Of a stretch of 64,000 bases of DNA, positions 41,092-54,602 are shown piece after piece. Origin of the DNA: Octopus sinensis (taxonomy: Eukaryota). The stretch lies in NCBI RefSeq assembly GCF_006345805.1, contig NC_043015.1, forward strand, positions 20,832,001 through 20,896,000, given 5' to 3'. Below the pieces are notes generated by a model that made no database searches, was not told the origin of the DNA, and saw nothing but the letters and a program-made list of their open reading frames with translations. Numbering within the stretch: the stretch's first letter is position 1; the number at the start of each line of letters is the position of its first letter. Both the position numbers and the translations under genes were made by a program.

Positions 41092-41897
41092 AAGTACAAA
41101 AATGCACTTTATTCGTAACAATAGAAAACAAGAGGGAAATCGCGAGCCACAACAGTAATAACTATAATAACAAGAATTAGTTTCAAAAATGTTGGAGAAA
41201 AAAAAGGCTAAATGTAGACGAAAATATACATGAAAAAGTAATAACTAGAAATAACTACGAAACACACGTACACACATATATAAGTGTGGGCGTGAAAGCA
41301 TGTGTATATGTGTAAGTATATTTAGAAAAGTCGAGTTGTTATTGAGCGTGGTTGTTCCAGAGAAGTAGCTTTGTAGTAACGGTTTGATGGAAAACGGTTG
41401 GGGAAAAAAATACGTACAAAAAAAGATTAATGGAAAGAGAAAGAAGCAACGTATTGCTAAGGAGAATGATGGAAGTAAATGTCTACATTAGGTGAGTGTA
41501 TAGAAATTTGGGTAAATGTGTATATGTGTTGTGTACACATACACACACACGTATATATATGCACACATATTCATATACACATCTATGTACATATTTACAT
41601 TTGCATATGTATGTATATAAAATGTATATTCACATGTATGCATATATATATATGTATATATATACACACATATATATATATACTTATATGTATTCATATA
41701 TATATACATATATACCCATATGCATTCATATATATGTGTATATATTCATATATACCCCTATGCATTTATACATATACACGCACGTTATATATATACTCAT
41801 ATACATTCATATATATATATATATATATACGTACATACATATATACAGACGTCTATTTTCCCTAACTTTATATACACACATGTATATATATATATAT

Positions 41898-41931
<34 letters not shown>

Positions 41932-41947
41932 ATATATATACATATAC

Positions 41948-41997
<50 letters not shown>

Positions 41998-42491
41998 ATA
42001 TATATATACATACATATGTATATATATAATCATATGAAATAGACTTTGAGGATAATAAAATACAAAAGGCATTTTTTGTATGCCTAACAATAACAAGATA
42101 TGGTAAGAATAGAATCTGAATGCTAAATAAAAAAACGTAACATCATCTGAAGGAATCACAAATGAATATATCTCTTAGAGGAAAGATTACATTACAGGAA
42201 CATATTACCAAATAAAACAAATAAACAACTAGACAACATTGAAAAGAAAATAGAAAAAAAAATGTTATTTTGTAAGACGGCTTTCTTTTCAATATATCTA
42301 GGTTAAAAATAATGGTGAGGAGCCTTATTTGTTCTTTATTATGCGGGAATAGCAGCTAAGACACTTCAATATGGCTGGTTTGAATTAAGAGGTTAATTTT
42401 GGCCTTATTGAATTTACTGTTATTACGTGCGGTTTTGGCAACACAATTGACAATGTCCTTTGATTTTGTTTGTATGTGTGTGTTTGTCTCT

Positions 42492-42549
<58 letters not shown>

Positions 42550-42552
<3 letters not shown>

Positions 42553-43170
42553 TCAGGGTATAATAGGCACCTGTTTGTTAGAAAGAAGAGTTAAAACTCT
42601 CCAAAGCCACGCTTCATAGGATAGGAGGTGTTTACTTCACTTGTAATCTAAACCAATAGTGCTATAATTGGTCTTCCGTTAGGTTTTATGTTCACATCTA
42701 AGGCTGGAGCTGGGGATCCGTATTAGGCTTCCGAGTTAGAAGGTACATATTAATAAAAGGAAAAAGGACAACTAAAATCAAGGTAAGACGAGTATCTCAA
42801 GTCATTTGGAATCTTTAATTAGCGTAAGGTGAATTTGAAGTCTTACAGCTGTTTCTGCGATATTTCAAGTGATGGGCTAGTATTTCTGAACACTGAGTAT
42901 TCCGTCATCAGAGACAAGGGGAGTGTGTATGAAATTTCTACATAGGGAAATTCACAGTTTATAAGGAATAAAATAGATAAAAGAATAAATGTTGATAGAA
43001 GAATACACAGAGAAGTATAAAGTCCACATTCTTTTCCAGAGAATGGCAGTTGGTTCGTACTTCTGTGAAGGTATAGGCCCTTAGGTATAATACCAGATAA
43101 ACACAGTCAGTATCTTGGAAAAAATTTGAATGATGCGTTCAAGTTGAAGGAATACATTGAGTAGTTAGCA
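42550..43170 (-). mobile_element. Non-coding Penelope pLTR-like element between (TA)n tracts, carrying an HHR
   Basis: Unique-looking ~620-bp block bounded by (TA)n on both sides, with the HHR motif at 42840-42915. Confidence 0.5.
42840..42915 (-). ncRNA. Minimal type I hammerhead ribozyme motif
   Basis: Minus strand: gtct CUGAUGA [cggaatactcagtg..cacttgaaatatcgca] GAAAC-agct-GUA agac; canonical core, stem I gtct/agac, palindromic stem III; stem II imperfect. Confidence 0.7.
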
Positions 43171-43220
43171 AGATATATATATATTTATATATATATATAC
43201 ACACACACACACATATATAC

Positions 43221-43287
<67 letters not shown>

Positions 43288-44085
43288 CATATGGGTATAT
43301 ATATGTGTATGTATATATATATATATATATATAATATATATATCTGTATATATATATATATATATATATGTTTGTATATATATATGTGTGTGTGTATGTG
43401 TATATATAGATAGAGAGAGAGAAAGAGGGAGTGAGAGAGAGAGCGAGGGAGGGAGAGCTATTAGCTTCTCAGTTGCTTCATCTTCATTCTCGACTGAGAG
43501 ATATCCAATGAGGTGATAGAGTAAACTGCTGACGCACACAGTGGGAGTTCACTGAGGACATGACTGCTTGGTAACTGTCCTGCATACGGCAATATTTTAT
43601 ATCTCTATGCTACCCACGGTATCTGTAACCGTACGCTTAAGACTACGCGCGTGTAGATGGCGCAGTGTAGCGTTTAACGAACGAGATCAAGGTATGCAAA
43701 CACCGTGAGGAAACTAGAAGAGGGCAATCAAACAAACGGTTCTTCTGCTACCAAATTTACGACATAACTAGAATTTCTCCATAAAATATCAAAGTTACAG
43801 TATGGGATATTCAGAATTTGGTCATGAGGAAGGCCATTTTTATTAATAAATCATATCCGTTTATCAACGAATGAAGTACGTGATGCTAACTGCTAAATGC
43901 AATATAAGAAATAAGAAGAAAGAGAGAATGGCTTCCAGCATAACTGTATATTTCAGAATTAAACTAAATCTAAATGTTTTGCAGTCAAAATATTGAAACA
44001 TGAAATCAAAATTTAAGCACGTGCTATTTCAATTTTTATTTCAGGTTTGCTTGTTGAGACTTTATAATATAGTAGAGCAGGTGTG

Positions 44086-44127
<42 letters not shown>

Positions 44128-44398
44128 CACATATACATATATAATCGCTGTACACAAATGAGGTCTCTGTGCGTATGTGCCTGCGTGTGTGTTACCAAAC
44201 ACACAAATGTGTGCATTGTACACACACACACACACATATTTATATAATGAAAATCAAGCAGCATCCAATTGATTATAATGACATGTCTTCTTTTATATAA
44301 TTAACATAATTGACATCCTGTTATATTAGTATATAGGAATTGATACTTAAATACATATATATATACATTTATATACAACACGTATAAAATGTGCTTGC

Positions 44399-44440
<42 letters not shown>

Positions 44441-44470
44441 CATATATATACATATATATATATATATAAA

Positions 44471-44537
<67 letters not shown>

Positions 44538-45599
44538 CACACATATATATTATATATATATATATATATATATGAATATATATGCATACAGTTACATATA
44601 TGTGTGTGTGCGTGTGTATTTGTGCTTTGGGAATTTAGTAAAGCGTTATGACGATAGACGAGGTATCAACTGAGTGGATTGTGAGGAAATGGAAAATAAT
44701 AAAGCACCAAATATGGAAAGTGAGAAAACCATGAAGAAATAATGGTAATCAGAATGACATACTGGAATAAATGATTGCGATGCTGTGTCAAAACTAGGAG
44801 ACTAGGTGATAGATTATTTATACATATACTTCTCTCTCTCTCACACACAAACATATATGTACACACACACGCCGATATACAGATGTATATATATATATGT
44901 ACACACACACATATATGAGTTCATCTATATACACATATATACATACACACATAAAAATATACTCACACACACACACAGTGTATGTATACAGAAAGATTGG
45001 GTGTAGCAGAGATTGACAAAGAGGGAAAGAGAGATGGTGAAGTGAATAAGAGATTCTGTCGCCTATCAATGAAGACAGATTTGAGATAAATGTTAAAAGT
45101 GACAATACAAACAGAGCACAAGATTCATTTAACTATTTTCTTATTATCAATATTTTTCTTTTTCTTTTTCTTTCGTAAAATGAACAATTGCTTAAAACGT
45201 ATTGTATTATTTGGTTTTTCATAACAACATCAGCAATATTAACTGCAACAGGAGTAAAAGCACAAGAACACCATAAAAAAATACAAACAAACATATCCGA
45301 GAGCAATAATAGCCATGACAATAGAAGCGTCGACTAACTTCACAAAAATTTCCATTTGAAAAATGAGATACAAATCTGTGTAATTTATTCAGTGTAAAGT
45401 AGACATTGGTATTCAGGTAAGTAAAATATGCTGACAGTTATTTTGTTTTCATTAACGCATTGTTTTCTATAAGTATTTTTGTCTGTAATTTACAATGCTT
45501 TGTAATTATAAGGAAGTTCGCATATTCTTCTTAAAATTACTATTTGTAAAATAAATAACAAAGATGATAACAAAGTAATTATACTTTAGACATTCTCTT

Positions 45600-46900
45600 T
45601 CCATTAGTCTCCCTTTCCATCATTGAGCGACGTGAGATTTCTATTGAGCATGGTTGCAAGCCTCGTCACGAACTTGCTTACAGAGTAGCAAATATATATA
45701 TACATATCAGGACCTGCAGAGCCTTTTTTAAACCAGGTTTTGACAGGTCTGTCATGCCTCCTGCACAGAACACTTCGGCTTCCAGTCGGAAGAGGATCTC
45801 TAGTCTGTTCATAGTAATGCATAACATGTGGCCAAGCATCCATTTTTGTCTGTTGAAGAGAATACTCAGTAAGTTACTCACCCAGGTCCTTTCCAAGTCT
45901 TCTTCATTCCTGAAGTTTCGCACCAAAAATTTCTTCGCCTTTGGAAATTATCTGAAGTCCCACATATAAAGCTAAATTTTTCCTCACATCTTACAGAAGT
46001 CAAGGCCCCAATGATGATAAATGTTTCGAATTTGATGTCTTCATTGGTAGAAGAGTTTCACGATACAGGTTCGAGGTTCTTGAAGACAGATGGAGGTTTA
46101 CCATTTCCCTTCTGATCAATTTTCGAGTTTTCATCGCGCGTACTATTTCTTTGGCAGTAATAGAACTGGCGACGAAACGCGAGCGAATCAATGCCCTATA
46201 GACTCTGCCTCCCCAGTGTTACTGAGACTGGTTGTAATGCCTTGTATTACTCTTTATACAAGGTGCGTTTCTAACATATCTTTGAGGTCTTCGATGTAAG
46301 CAGAACATATGTAATCATACAGAGCCATCAGTTTATTTCAGCTCTATTTTGGAGCACAAAGATGGCGTTAAGTCAACGGCCAACATCATTAAAGATATAC
46401 GTAAGTATCTGACACTTGATTGCTCTTCCTCGTCTACTGAATCTCTATCAGCATCTGCGCTTGTACATTCCGCACCAGTTCTGTTCATTACCTCACTTGA
46501 TTATCGATTCTGAAGCCATAAACACATTCCTTTATGTCCGGATACGATTGATAGAGCACACTTACTACCACACATTTTTCTCCTCTTTTCAGGACATGGA
46601 AGGTCGCTTTTCTTTTTAAAACACATAGGCACAAAACCTATAGCCATCATTTTCCTGTGGTTGCAATCATCGGGCAGGTAAGTATTTCCTTCTGTCACAG
46701 GCCTTAACCATGCTTTCTTTGCCTTGCTTTGACTCCTGATGTTGACAGATAAAAACACTTCTGAATGTTTCTTTTTTTTTCTGCCTATTCAAATCAAAGT
46801 TTCCTTCTCCTGTTAGTCGTCTATATTTATGTTTGAGCAGCTGATAGTTTAATTTGTTTAATGCTTCAAACTATTTCGGAACTATTTTTCGTTTGCCATG
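45600..46900 (-). pseudogene. Heavily decayed non-LTR retrotransposon (L1/Tx1-like) remnant
   Basis: Minus-strand fragments SITAKEIVRAMK, NGKPPSV and a frameshifted LTSVRCEEKF resemble the pre-RT ITxxEI..GxIP..RPITLLNxDxK region; upstream PMCFKKKSDLPCPEK resembles a decayed ORF1 zinc knuckle. Confidence 0.45.
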
Positions 46901-47229
46901 AATTGTATGAGATATTTATTTACGTTATAGAAGCTATTACTGCTGCAACTGCTATAGTGAAGAGTAGTTACTGCTAATTCCGAGGAAGACATACTACAAG
47001 TAGCTATTTATATATTTTTGGCAAAAGCTAAGTATATTAAAAAACGAAGCTTTAGCCACCCCAGTTAATGGGATGTATCACCAAACAATCGGAATGCCTT
47101 CCATTAGTAACACTAATCTATTTTCTTCCATAATATGATATGGCTAGATATAATTTTTCTGTGGAATATACGTCATTCGTTTGTACATAGAATAACAAGA
47201 GTAAAACTAAGACGCTTCTTATATATATT

Positions 47230-47612
47230 TTCTATTATAGGCACAAGGCCTGATATTTTAGAGGAGCGAGCCAATTACATCAGGCCCTGTGCTCAAATGG
47301 ATGAAAGTTAAAGTCAACTCGGCGTTTGAACTCGAACGTAAGATCGGAAGTAATGTCGCTGAACATTCTATCCGACGTGTTAACGACTGTACCAGCTAGC
47401 CGCCTGAATAACTATAGATCTTTCTGAATTTGTCTCAAAGCTTGATATTGATTACACCAACATCAGTTCTTGATTGGTTCTTACTTTATCGACCCTGAAA
47501 GGGTGGCAGATAAATTCGACTTCGGCAAAGAACTCGGAAAGTAAAGAGCCGGAAGAAATGCGGCAAAGCATTTCGTTCGGAAGGGTATCGATTTTGGAAG
47601 CTCGCCAATTTT
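47230..47612 (-). mobile_element. Two tandem SINE family B copies followed by (TAA)n(CAA)n
   Basis: ggcacaaggcctga.., tttgaactcgaacg.., ttatcgaccctgaaaggg. Confidence 0.7.
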
Positions 47613-47646
47613 ACCATAATAATAATAAACACTGATAATAATAATA

Positions 47647-47700
<54 letters not shown>

Positions 47701-48849
47701 CAACACTAATATTTATCTCAGGGGGTTCAATGCGTTCTGGTGAGTAACAGGACGAAATAGAAGAAGCATGAACAATTGTATTGGGGAAGGTTACAGGGGC
47801 GAGATCATAATCACAAGAATATCGATAGAATAACTGAATTGATCTACACCAGTGGATGGATGATAACAATAAAACATTTAGAAAAAAGAAATAGAGAAAG
47901 ATTACTATACCTTAGGTACCTTAGATAAGGGCACAAATGTCAAAAGGTTCCCTGTAAATAGAAAAGAAAGAAAAAAGGTCAAATATTTTTACAACCTTTT
48001 GAATTTGAGGAACGTGTAACTAGCTTACTAAAAATTGTTTTTCTCATCTCATTGTGCACGAATTACAGTGAACATTACTAACAGTTCTCTGATGTATTTG
48101 ATACTCCTGCCAGCACAGAGCAGCGCAAGGATGAAAATAGAAAACAACAAATTTTAACAATATTCTGTTCCTCTATTCGATAGAAAAGTTTTATGTTAGT
48201 TTTCAACATGTTATTTGGTATCTAAAAAGGGTTAAAATACAAAGCAGGTTGGAATAAAAAAAAAAAAAAACCAAAGACACAACAAAAATCTGTAATAAAA
48301 CCTATATAGAGAACAAAACCGAAACATAAAAAAAACAACATGGCGTTGTACAAAATGGCAGCATTTCCCAAATAAAAGCTTTGGTGTTCCACGACGAATG
48401 ACATCAAACAAAACCGAAATAAACGCAACAAATATGAAGAAGAAAAAAAAGAAAGAATCAACTGCACCTAAATGTAGTGCATGTTATGTAATATATGCTA
48501 CAGCGCAGTGGATATACGTTGTAATTGGATGCACAGTAAAATGGAGTATAAAAACAAATATGGAAGTAGAGAAAGAAGACCGGAGCAAAGTTGAAAAATA
48601 AAGGAATATAGAAAATGAATGCGCAGACTGTGGCACGCTTTCGTTTTCACTACGACCTCCTCTCTTTTTTCTCTCTTTTACATTCTTCTCTTTCTTTCTC
48701 TTTTTGTCTTCATCTATGACATACTTCACACACACGCGCGTGCGGTTACGCTCACGCATACTCTCATACTGTTGCATTGCTGTGTACAATTACAACCAAA
48801 AATACTTTATATGGGTGGACAGGTACGCTCGCAAATTGGGAAATTTGAG

Positions 48850-49235
48850 TGTCTGGTTAAGAAGCTCGATTTGCAGCGAAGCAATTTCACGTTCAAACTC
48901 AATGTGCGGTACCATGGCAGTCTACTACAGTAGCAGCGGTCTAATCAATGCCTTGAGAGTAAATTGGGTTGGCGGAAACTGTATGAAAGCCCGTTGTATA
49001 TACAGTAATCACTCGACTATCGTTCCAAAACCCCAGCGCGATAGGTGAAAACCCGCGAAGTAGAAACAGTACTCTACTGAATGTTTTTTAAAATTATTTT
49101 TATAACTTGTATATATTTATTTTATTAAAAAATACAAAACAACACCACGGAAGAATCGACATAAACTTAAATAATTAACTGCGATAGGTGAACCGCGATA
49201 TGGCGAGGGCTTACTGTAAACGCACACACACACAC

Positions 49236-49298
<63 letters not shown>

Positions 49299-49470
49299 AG
49301 GGGGGTCTAATGTTGGTTTGTGGGGATGTGGGTATTTATTTCATCTCACCGGCGGTTCTGCATAAAAGAGCGATAAAATAAGCACCACACTTAAGTACTG
49401 GGAGTGATTTGTTTAACAAAAATCTTTAATTGTGGTGCAACAGCATGACCAAAATCCAGTGACTGAAACC
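48850..49470 (+). mobile_element. Diverged SINE family A split by a pogo MITE insertion
   Basis: 5' half ending ggaaactgtatgaaagcccgttgtata before 49003; 3' half ..ttaagtactggg..cagcatgaccaaaatccagtgactgaaac after ~49290. Confidence 0.65.
49003..49216. mobile_element. pogo/Tigger-type MITE
   Basis: TA|cagtaatcactcgactatcg ... cgatatggcgagggcttactg|TA; internal repeat gcgataggtgaa..ccgcga twice. Confidence 0.8.
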
Positions 49471-49536
49471 ATCATTTACCTGTTAGCGGCATTGTATCTT
49501 TGCGCGCGTGTGTGAGCACATATGCGTGGTCTTGTA

Positions 49537-49942
49537 CTCTTTTACTCGTTTCAGACGCTTGACTGTGGTCATGCTGAAGCACCGCCTGAAAGGGTGTTAG
49601 TCGAAGAAATCGACCCCAGGACTTATTCTCCGTAGGCCTAGTACTTATTATGTCGTACTCTTTTGCCGCACCGCTAAGTTACGGGGACGTAAACACACCA
49701 ACATCGGTATCAAGCAATAGTGGGAGGACAGATACAGACATAAAGACATACTGAAATATATACATATATAAATAAAGGTATATACGACGGGCTTCTTTCA
49801 GTTTCCATCTACTAAATCCACTCACAAGGCTTTGGTCGGCCCGTGACCATTTGTAAAATTCACTTGTCTAGGGTGCCACGCAGTGGGACTGAACCCGGAA
49901 CCATGTGGTTGGGAAGCAAGCTTCTTACCACACAGCCACGCC
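49537..49942 (-). mobile_element. SINE family A, full length, well conserved
   Basis: Complete tail-to-head match including gtgccacgcagtgggactgaacccggaaccatgtggttgggaagcaagcttcttaccacacagccacgcc. Confidence 0.92.
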
Positions 49943-50378
49943 TACTGTGTGAGTTTTATTTGCAGATACGTGTTACGTTTGATTCTTCGACAGAAGTGAT
50001 TTTGAGTATGTATGTTTGTATATCTTTCTGTGAGCGTGTGACTATGTGTGTATTTCTGTGTTCTTAAATGTCTATACAAGCGAAGAGACAATAGATGCTG
50101 AAAATGAAACCAAATTACCAAATGCAACGTTTGAAACAGCACATTTTCTAAGCATCAACTCTTTCACATTTTTTTAAAGTACTATCTAGCTGCAACTTGT
50201 GGACCTAAACATGTTATACGCCACGTTGTCAACAGACTTAGTTAGAAACAGCCGTCTAATAACCTTTAAATCTCACCCGAAATGTAAAGTATAACCTCCT
50301 GCAAAAATGTCGGCCCTTGATGTAATTGCTTGGCCGAAGCAAAGTGAAATAGCTGACCAATTGAACTTAGCAAGAGAC

Positions 50379-50419
<41 letters not shown>

Positions 50420-51277
50420 AGAGAGGGAGAGAGAGTGATTATCCTCTATATTTGTAGTTGTATATATATATATGTGTGTATGTGTGTATGTGTGTGTCTG
50501 TGTATGTAAGTATGTATGTATATATATATGCACAGTGTGTATGCGTATATATGTGTGTATGTATATATATATATATAAATGCATATAATGTGTATACATA
50601 TATATAGTGTAAATGTTTATATGTGTGTGTATGTATGTGTATTTATATATATACACATAATGCGTGTGTATATACAATATATATATATATGATATACATC
50701 TATATAAAATATAATACATATCTCTATATATATAATATACATCTATATAAAATATAATACATATATATATATATATATATACAAACGCACACACAAAACA
50801 CTATTGTTTTATATATACACAGGCACGCGCGCGCATATACATACGTACAAAATGTCTGAAACGCAATAAGAATAATTTCTTTATGTAAATGACTTTCATA
50901 AAAAAAAGAAAGAAACCTCAACGAATATGGAAAAATATTCAAATTCAGAATGTTGTATCTGTGAAATATTTCTAATATTTTCTTTCTTTTTACTATTTTG
51001 CTTGTACCCGTCAGTTAATTTTAGAATCTGTTATCTTCTGCTGTGTTTTCCTAGGAAAAACTATTTCGCAAAAGGTTTTGCTACGAAAGAAATTGAATTT
51101 CAATATTAACTTTCATCTTTCAATCGTGACAGCTCTCAGTTAATTCAGCGACTCGTTTTTAAGACACTTTTTTCTCTTTCTCACTCATTCTTTCGTCATC
51201 TTCGATGGTCCATAATAATTTGGTGCACTCATGTTCCTTCATAAAAGTAAACACATATTCATGTACAATAATAAAAA

Positions 51278-51700
51278 TGGTTTCAGATTTCGACACAAGG
51301 ACAGTACATTCGAGAGAGGGATTATGTCGATTACATCGACTCCCATGCTCAGCTTTTACTTAGTTTATCGATCCGCAAAGGTTGCGAAGCAAAGACGACC
51401 TCGGTGGAATTTGATCCCAGAATGGACGAAATACCGCTTAGGATTTTGGCTGGCGTGCTAACGATTCAGCCAGCTGACAGCCTTAAATAATAATCGTCTC
51501 TACATTAGGCACAACGCCTGAAATTTGGGTGAAGGGGACTTTTCAGTCGATTACGTCGATCTCAGTGCTTGACTGCTACGTACTTTATGGAACCCGAATA
51601 TAGGAACGACAATGTCGACTTCGGCAGAATTTGAACTCAAAATGCAAAGATCAGCAAAATGCCGCGAAGCATTTTCTCTGGCGTGCTAACAATTCTGCCT
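51278..51700 (-). mobile_element. Two tandem SINE family B copies
   Basis: Both end in ggcgtgctaac(g/a)attc. Confidence 0.8.
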
Positions 51701-51849
51701 TATATAATAATTATAGCGATGATAATAATAAACAGGAAAAATATCTTTACTGACCATATTACTTGTAAAAAGAGGGGACCACATATCTTTGTAGCGTACA
51801 TAAAAAAACGAACACAAAAAAAAACAGCGAATGATCAATTTTTAGTTAT

Positions 51850-52190
51850 TTATTTGTTTCAGTCATTTGACTGCGGCCATGCTGGAGCACTGCCTTTAGT
51901 CGAGCAAATCAACCCCAGGACATATTCTTTGTAAGCCTAGTACTTATTCTATCGGATCACTTTTTGCGAACCACTAAGTTAGGGGGACGTAAACATACCA
52001 GCATCGGTTGTCAAGCGATGTTGAGGGGACCAACACAGACACACAACACACACACGCATACATTTATATATATAACGGGCTTCTTTCAGTTTCCGCCTAC
52101 CAAATCCAGTCACAAGGCTTTGATCGGCCTGAGGTTATTGTAGAAGACACTTGCCCGAGGTACCACGCAGTGGGACTGAACCCGGAACCA
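51850..52190 (-). mobile_element. SINE family A, near full length
   Basis: tttcagtcatttgactgcggccatgctggagcac..cagtgggactgaacccggaacca. Confidence 0.9.
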
Positions 52191-52422
52191 AAAATTACAT
52201 TCCACACTTAGCGATTTAATCGATTATTATTTACCATTCTCAGTTAGTTGACATTGCTATCCTGTTTTGAAAATCTGGCGTTTCAATGTAATTATGTAAA
52301 CATCTGCGTAGCCATTACTACAGATAATACTACTGTGTCTAAAGGCAACACATGTAACGAATATGTCATTTATGATATTATAGGAATACACTGAATCTCT
52401 TGTCTTATTCTTCTCGCGAGCG

Positions 52423-52481
<59 letters not shown>

Positions 52482-52483
52482 TC

Positions 52484-52662
52484 TACTATGGGAATAAGGC
52501 CTAAAATTTCGGTGAGGAAGTTGACTAGCCCAGAGCTCGACTGACACTTAATTTATTGTCCCCGAAGGATGAAAGGCAAAGTCGACCTCGGTGGAATTTG
52601 AACTCAGAACGTAGAGACGGGCGAAATAGCGCTAAGCATTTTGTCCAGCGTGCTAATGATTC

Positions 52663-52666
<4 letters not shown>
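52484..52666 (-). mobile_element. SINE family B
   Basis: gaaggatgaaaggcaaagtcgacctcggtggaatttgaactcagaacgt. Confidence 0.88.
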
Positions 52667-52699
<33 letters not shown>

Positions 52700-53748
52700 C
52701 ATATCATTTATGCATACAGAAGGAAGCGACAGCCTTCTTTTTATTTCTATCTACCAAAATACATATACGAAGATTTTCTCAACCCAAGGTTATAACAGAG
52801 GACATGGGCACCAACTGCCGGTCATTTCAAATACGTCCTAAATTACCTGGTTTACAGGCGATGTATGTATGTATGCATACAAGCACATTCATATATCTAC
52901 ACACACATACACACCTATATATGCGTGTTTTAATATCGAGATTTATATATATATATAAAAGATTCAACATTAACCTTAAGTATTCCTCAGTAACGTTACG
53001 TAAACTAAGATATTTACAAGATCTTTACTAAATTGACAATAACTTCGAAGTTTCAGTTTGTTACAATTCGTTGTGTTGTAACTGTTCGAGAAGGCGAGCA
53101 AATCGAGACTTCGGACTCACAGTAATCTTTTATGTTTTTTAATAACTTCAATAATAAAGTTCAAAAACACAAAGAAACAAATGCCTCTATCTGTCTATAT
53201 ATCATTGCTTTTACTATATTGCATTGAAAACATTAACTCATTGAAGTCTCGAAATTCGAATTGATATAAAACTGTTCATACATTCATAGAGAAAATAACC
53301 GAATACGTACTAGAAATAAGTTGCTAGGAAATCAAAAATTCTCCAGGCGTTTATACACACTCACACACACATACACACACACACACACGCACAGACACAG
53401 GCACACAAGTGTGTGTGTGCGTGTGGAAATGATAACAAGTTAAGTTTGTCGTTATAGCCATAGATAAATAATGTAACAATAGAGGGATAACGTTTTGTAA
53501 ATATCGATAAAGGCGTTAAAATTTTATACGTTGAAGAACCAGAAAAAAGCAACCAAAGTTTTGCGTTTACGAGTGTGTGTGTGTGTGTGTGTGTCTATAC
53601 ATACACACACAAACACACACACACATATATATACACTTACATGAATATCTACTCTATGTAAACACATACACAAGTATGTATATAACATACATACACACAT
53701 ACATCCGTGTGTGTATGTGTGTATTTATATATACTGTTGTCAATAGAA

Positions 53749-53784
<36 letters not shown>

Positions 53785-53970
53785 TATATATACACTGTTG
53801 TCAATTGTGGAACACGACTGTTACTATAGAAACCGGACGACTGCGTAACGCATGGAAGTACGCCTTTATTTCAATATTGTAAAAATTTTAAATAATAACA
53901 TGCGAAAGCCAGACTAAGTTGGAATTTCATTGATTAATATATTCTTCTATACACAATGATACAAACTCGG

Positions 53971-53971
53971 A

Positions 53972-54055
<84 letters not shown>
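53971..54055. repeat. (TATC)n
   Basis: Directly visible. Confidence 0.95.
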
Positions 54056-54271
54056 AGTATATATATATATATATATATGAATTTTAGGTTAATTTAAATA
54101 AACTTGTGACATATCTTAATACCATCCTCAGGGGGGGGGGGATACCAAAGTGGATATAAGCTTGCTTTCAATTCTTTGAATATATATTCGTAAGCAATTT
54201 GTTTAGACGTGAAATTTCGACTAAAAATTATCAGCATTATTATTATTGTTATTATCATTATCTATAATAAT

Positions 54272-54491
54272 AATCCTTTCTACTAAATGCATAATGCCAG
54301 TAATTTCAAGGAAGGGGGGTAATTCGATATCATCGACCCCCCAGTACTCAACTGGTATATATTTTATCGATCCTGAATGAAACGAAAGTCAGAGTCGACC
54401 TCGGCACTATTCGAACTCAGAACGTAACGACGAACGAAACGCCGCTCAGCCTTTCTCTCGGTGTGCTAACGATTCCGCTAGTTCGCCGCCG
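54272..54491 (-). mobile_element. SINE family B, full length, abutting (CTA)n(TAA)n (54493-54628)
   Basis: gtcgacctcggc..tcgaactcagaacgt..gtgctaacgattccgctagttcgccgcc. Confidence 0.85.
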
Positions 54492-54548
<57 letters not shown>

Positions 54549-54554
54549 AACTGC

Positions 54555-54602
<48 letters not shown>

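Noticed and set aside
49860-49942. tRNA-like sequences with A/B boxes
   Set aside because: They are SINE heads continuing into SINE body; no complete cloverleaf, so not called tRNA genes.
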